Shown one piece after another: positions 38,313 through 40,202 of a DNA stretch of 40,202 bases. Both the position numbers and the translations under genes were made by a program. The stretch is taken from contig CAZWTB010000100.1 of the NCBI GenBank assembly GCA_964636875.1, positions 1-40,202 of the forward strand. The letters are read 5' to 3'. Origin of the DNA: an uncultured Thermodesulfatator sp. GTDB taxonomy: Bacteria > Desulfobacterota > Thermodesulfobacteria > Thermodesulfobacteriales > Thermodesulfobacteriaceae. Position 1 is the first letter of the stretch. Every line of letters begins with the position of its first letter. The notes below the pieces were generated by a model that ran no database searches, was not told where the DNA came from, and saw only the letters and a program-made list of their open reading frames with translations.

Positions 38313-40110
38313 ATTTTTAGCAGACATAGAGATTGAAAAACTCGTTGAACTGAAAGAGGAAGAACTCGAAAAAAAGCTTGCAGATCTAAAATTCAATCAG
38401 CTCATGGATATTGTTCTAAGTCTTCCGTGGGAAGACAGGGCAAAAGTAATTTTATGTTCTCCTTATCCAGAAGGAATAGTAAGAAACATGCCTGCTCAGG
38501 AATTATTTTTAACTTTAAAGGCTTCTTCTCTTGATCTTGCAGTTGAGCTTCTTTCCTATGCAAAAGGGCATCAGATTCAGTTTATGTTTGACATAGATGC
38601 CTGGTATAAAGACAGAATAAGAAAAGAAAGAGTTGCATCATGGTTGATTTTGCTTTTTGAAGCAGGTGAAGACAGGGTTTTGGAGTGGCTGGCTGTAGCA
38701 GATTGGGATTTTTTAATAGCCATTTTTCAAAAATTTATCAGGGTGTATAAAAAACCAGACGATGTTGAACTTGTGGAAGCTGTGGATTTTTTACCTCCTT
38801 ATACACTTGACGATCTTTACTTTGTGGAATTTAAAAACGAAGCCCTTGAGTTTTACTTCAAACGGATGATAGAAATAATTCGCTCTGAGATGCCGGAAAC
38901 TTATTTTGCTCTGATGGAATCTATTATATGGGAAATTCCTCTTGAAGTTGAGGAGAGAGCATACAGGTGGAGAAACGGAAGACTTGCTGATGCAGGAATT
39001 CCTGATTATTTTGAAGCCCTTGACATATATTCCTACATACATCCAAAAGCCCTAAGGAAAGTCGATCCTCAATATTTTCTTCCAGAAGGAGAAGAAGAAC
39101 ATATTCAGAGTGCAAATTTGATGGTATATACAGGTGGAGAAGAACTTTTAATTTTTAAAGCTATGGGAATGATAACTGATCCATCTCAGAGAGAACGGAT
39201 AAAAAGGGAATTTGCCTGGGTGGCAAACAAAGTAATAGTAGTTGATAATGTAGTAATAGACGATATAGAACAGATTAGAAAAAGTCTTGAAAAAGTATGG
39301 GGATCTCTTAATCTTGGACTTGAATACATTTCTTCAGAAAATATTGAAGTTGCCAGAAAGCTTCTTGAGGAGCACTTTCTTGAGGATATTTTTAAAGTGG
39401 GGCAAACCGCTTTAAGGGAATTGAGAAAATTTGCAGTTTCCATTACCAGAAGCAGAGATTTTGATCCCTCGGTATTAAGATACCTTGATGATCCTTATAA
39501 AGGCTTTTTAAAAGGGGTTCTTGCAAAAAAACTTAACGAAATCAAATTGTTCTGTCCTCAAAAAGCAGGTAGCTCTGAAGAATACACATACTTTAGAAAA
39601 ATCTCAGAAGTAAGAATGGTAAGGAGATATATTGAAGAAGCAGGATATATGGCTCCTCTTATTCAAAAAGCTTTTGGAAGTCCACTTGCCTGGCTTACAG
39701 AAGTTAATAAGCAGGGAAGAAATTTTGATGCAAAGTTTTTAACCTGGAGTTCTCTAATTCTAACTGCTCTATTTAACTGGATCTGTTTTAAAGAATTTAA
39801 ATTTAAAGCTCTTCCAGAAAGATTCTGGAAGCAGGTTTTGAAAGATTTTCTTGAGAAAAAAGGAGAAGTAAATATTGTAAAAGAAAAATGGAAAAGGGAA
39901 TTATTTAAAAATTTTGAACAACTGGCGCAGGCTGAGTGGTATCTGGAACAGGAACTTCTTGAATCATTTTTAAATTTTGTTATAAGAAAGGCTGAAGAAG
40001 AATTTAAATTTGCTGATCCTGAAGATCCACCAGATCCGGGTTATCAAACTCTTGTTCTGGTAATACTTGAAAAAGAAAAAAAGGAGACAAATAATGAAAA
40101 AGGAGATTAA
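38284..40110 (+). CDS. Large acidic helical hypothetical protein (DUF6178-like)
   Basis: FMFDIDAW, YTLDDLYF, EERAYRWRNGRLADAGIP..EALDIY and LNLGLE resemble DUF6178 as I recall it; family call unverified. Confidence 0.65.
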   Translation: MKELSSEKNKFLADIEIEKLVELKEEELEKKLADLKFNQLMDIVLSLPWEDRAKVILCSPYPEGIVRNMPAQELFLTLKASSLDLAVELLSYAKGHQIQFMFDIDAWYKDRIRKERVASWLILLFEAGEDRVLEWLAVADWDFLIAIFQKFIRVYKKPDDVELVEAVDFLPPYTLDDLYFVEFKNEALEFYFKRMIEIIRSEMPETYFALMESIIWEIPLEVEERAYRWRNGRLADAGIPDYFEALDIYSYIHPKALRKVDPQYFLPEGEEEHIQSANLMVYTGGEELLIFKAMGMITDPSQRERIKREFAWVANKVIVVDNVVIDDIEQIRKSLEKVWGSLNLGLEYISSENIEVARKLLEEHFLEDIFKVGQTALRELRKFAVSITRSRDFDPSVLRYLDDPYKGFLKGVLAKKLNEIKLFCPQKAGSSEEYTYFRKISEVRMVRRYIEEAGYMAPLIQKAFGSPLAWLTEVNKQGRNFDAKFLTWSSLILTALFNWICFKEFKFKALPERFWKQVLKDFLEKKGEVNIVKEKWKRELFKNFEQLAQAEWYLEQELLESFLNFVIRKAEEEFKFADPEDPPDPGYQTLVLVILEKEKKETNNEKGD

Positions 40111-40202
40111 CATAGGAATTCTTGGTTTGGGAACCGTTGGAAGCGAAGTTTATTCACTTTTAAAAAGAAATGCAGAACTTATTTATGAAAGAACGGGGAT
40201 TA
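40094..40202 (+). CDS. hom: Homoserine dehydrogenase, N-terminal fragment (runs off window)
   Basis: MKKEINIGILGLGTVGSEVYSLLKRNAELIYERTGI Rossmann start; AAGGAG RBS; not in the ORF track. Confidence 0.88.
   Translation, partial: MKKEINIGILGLGTVGSEVYSLLKRNAELIYERTGI

Noticed and set aside
2829-39443. Numerous antisense/shadow ORFs in the track (e.g. 2829-3455, 6416-6955, 18862-19425, 20445-21032, 26268-26747)
   Set aside because: They lie opposite well-supported genes, are Phe/Ser/Ile-rich mirror translations and have no motifs.
1-40202. tRNA/rRNA, riboswitches (FMN, lysine, T-box), CRISPR arrays, IS elements, prophage
   Set aside because: Intergenic gaps are short and AT-rich with no such structures or repeats visible, and there are no transposase, integrase or cas-like ORFs. 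A covariance-model scan was not possible.

Overview
An AT-rich, very gene-dense core-genome window from a thermophilic Gram-negative anaerobe. The gene content and protein style suggest Thermodesulfobacteriaceae or a relative; this is an inference, not a database result. It holds about 43 mostly housekeeping CDS: coaE, ribD, nikR, trxA, bamD, secA, pilD, nnr, dapL, folK, a DsbC-family gene, amrA, lysC, a YhdP/AsmA-like gene, argS, a short argA, trmI, rplS-rnhB-yraN, partial hom, and c-di-GMP/chemotaxis genes (PilZ, EAL, MCP). I saw no rRNA, tRNA, CRISPR array, transposase, integrase or prophage, and no obvious large novel multi-gene system. The most notable items, several missed by the ORF track, are: (1) a decayed nitrogen-regulatory relic at about 17.6-17.9 kb, made of a P-II (glnK/glnB) pseudogene with an in-frame TAG and 3' truncation, a sigma54 -24/-12 promoter with a mutated GC, and a possible amtB tail; (2) folK, whose conserved N-terminus lies upstream of any ATG/GTG/TTG, implying non-canonical initiation; (3) an in-frame YbeY-PdxJ fusion that keeps a strong internal ribosome binding site and ATG for PdxJ; (4) a T14 tract upstream of the EAL-MCP pair; (5) an orphan CooT coupled to a small 4-Cys protein in front of argS.
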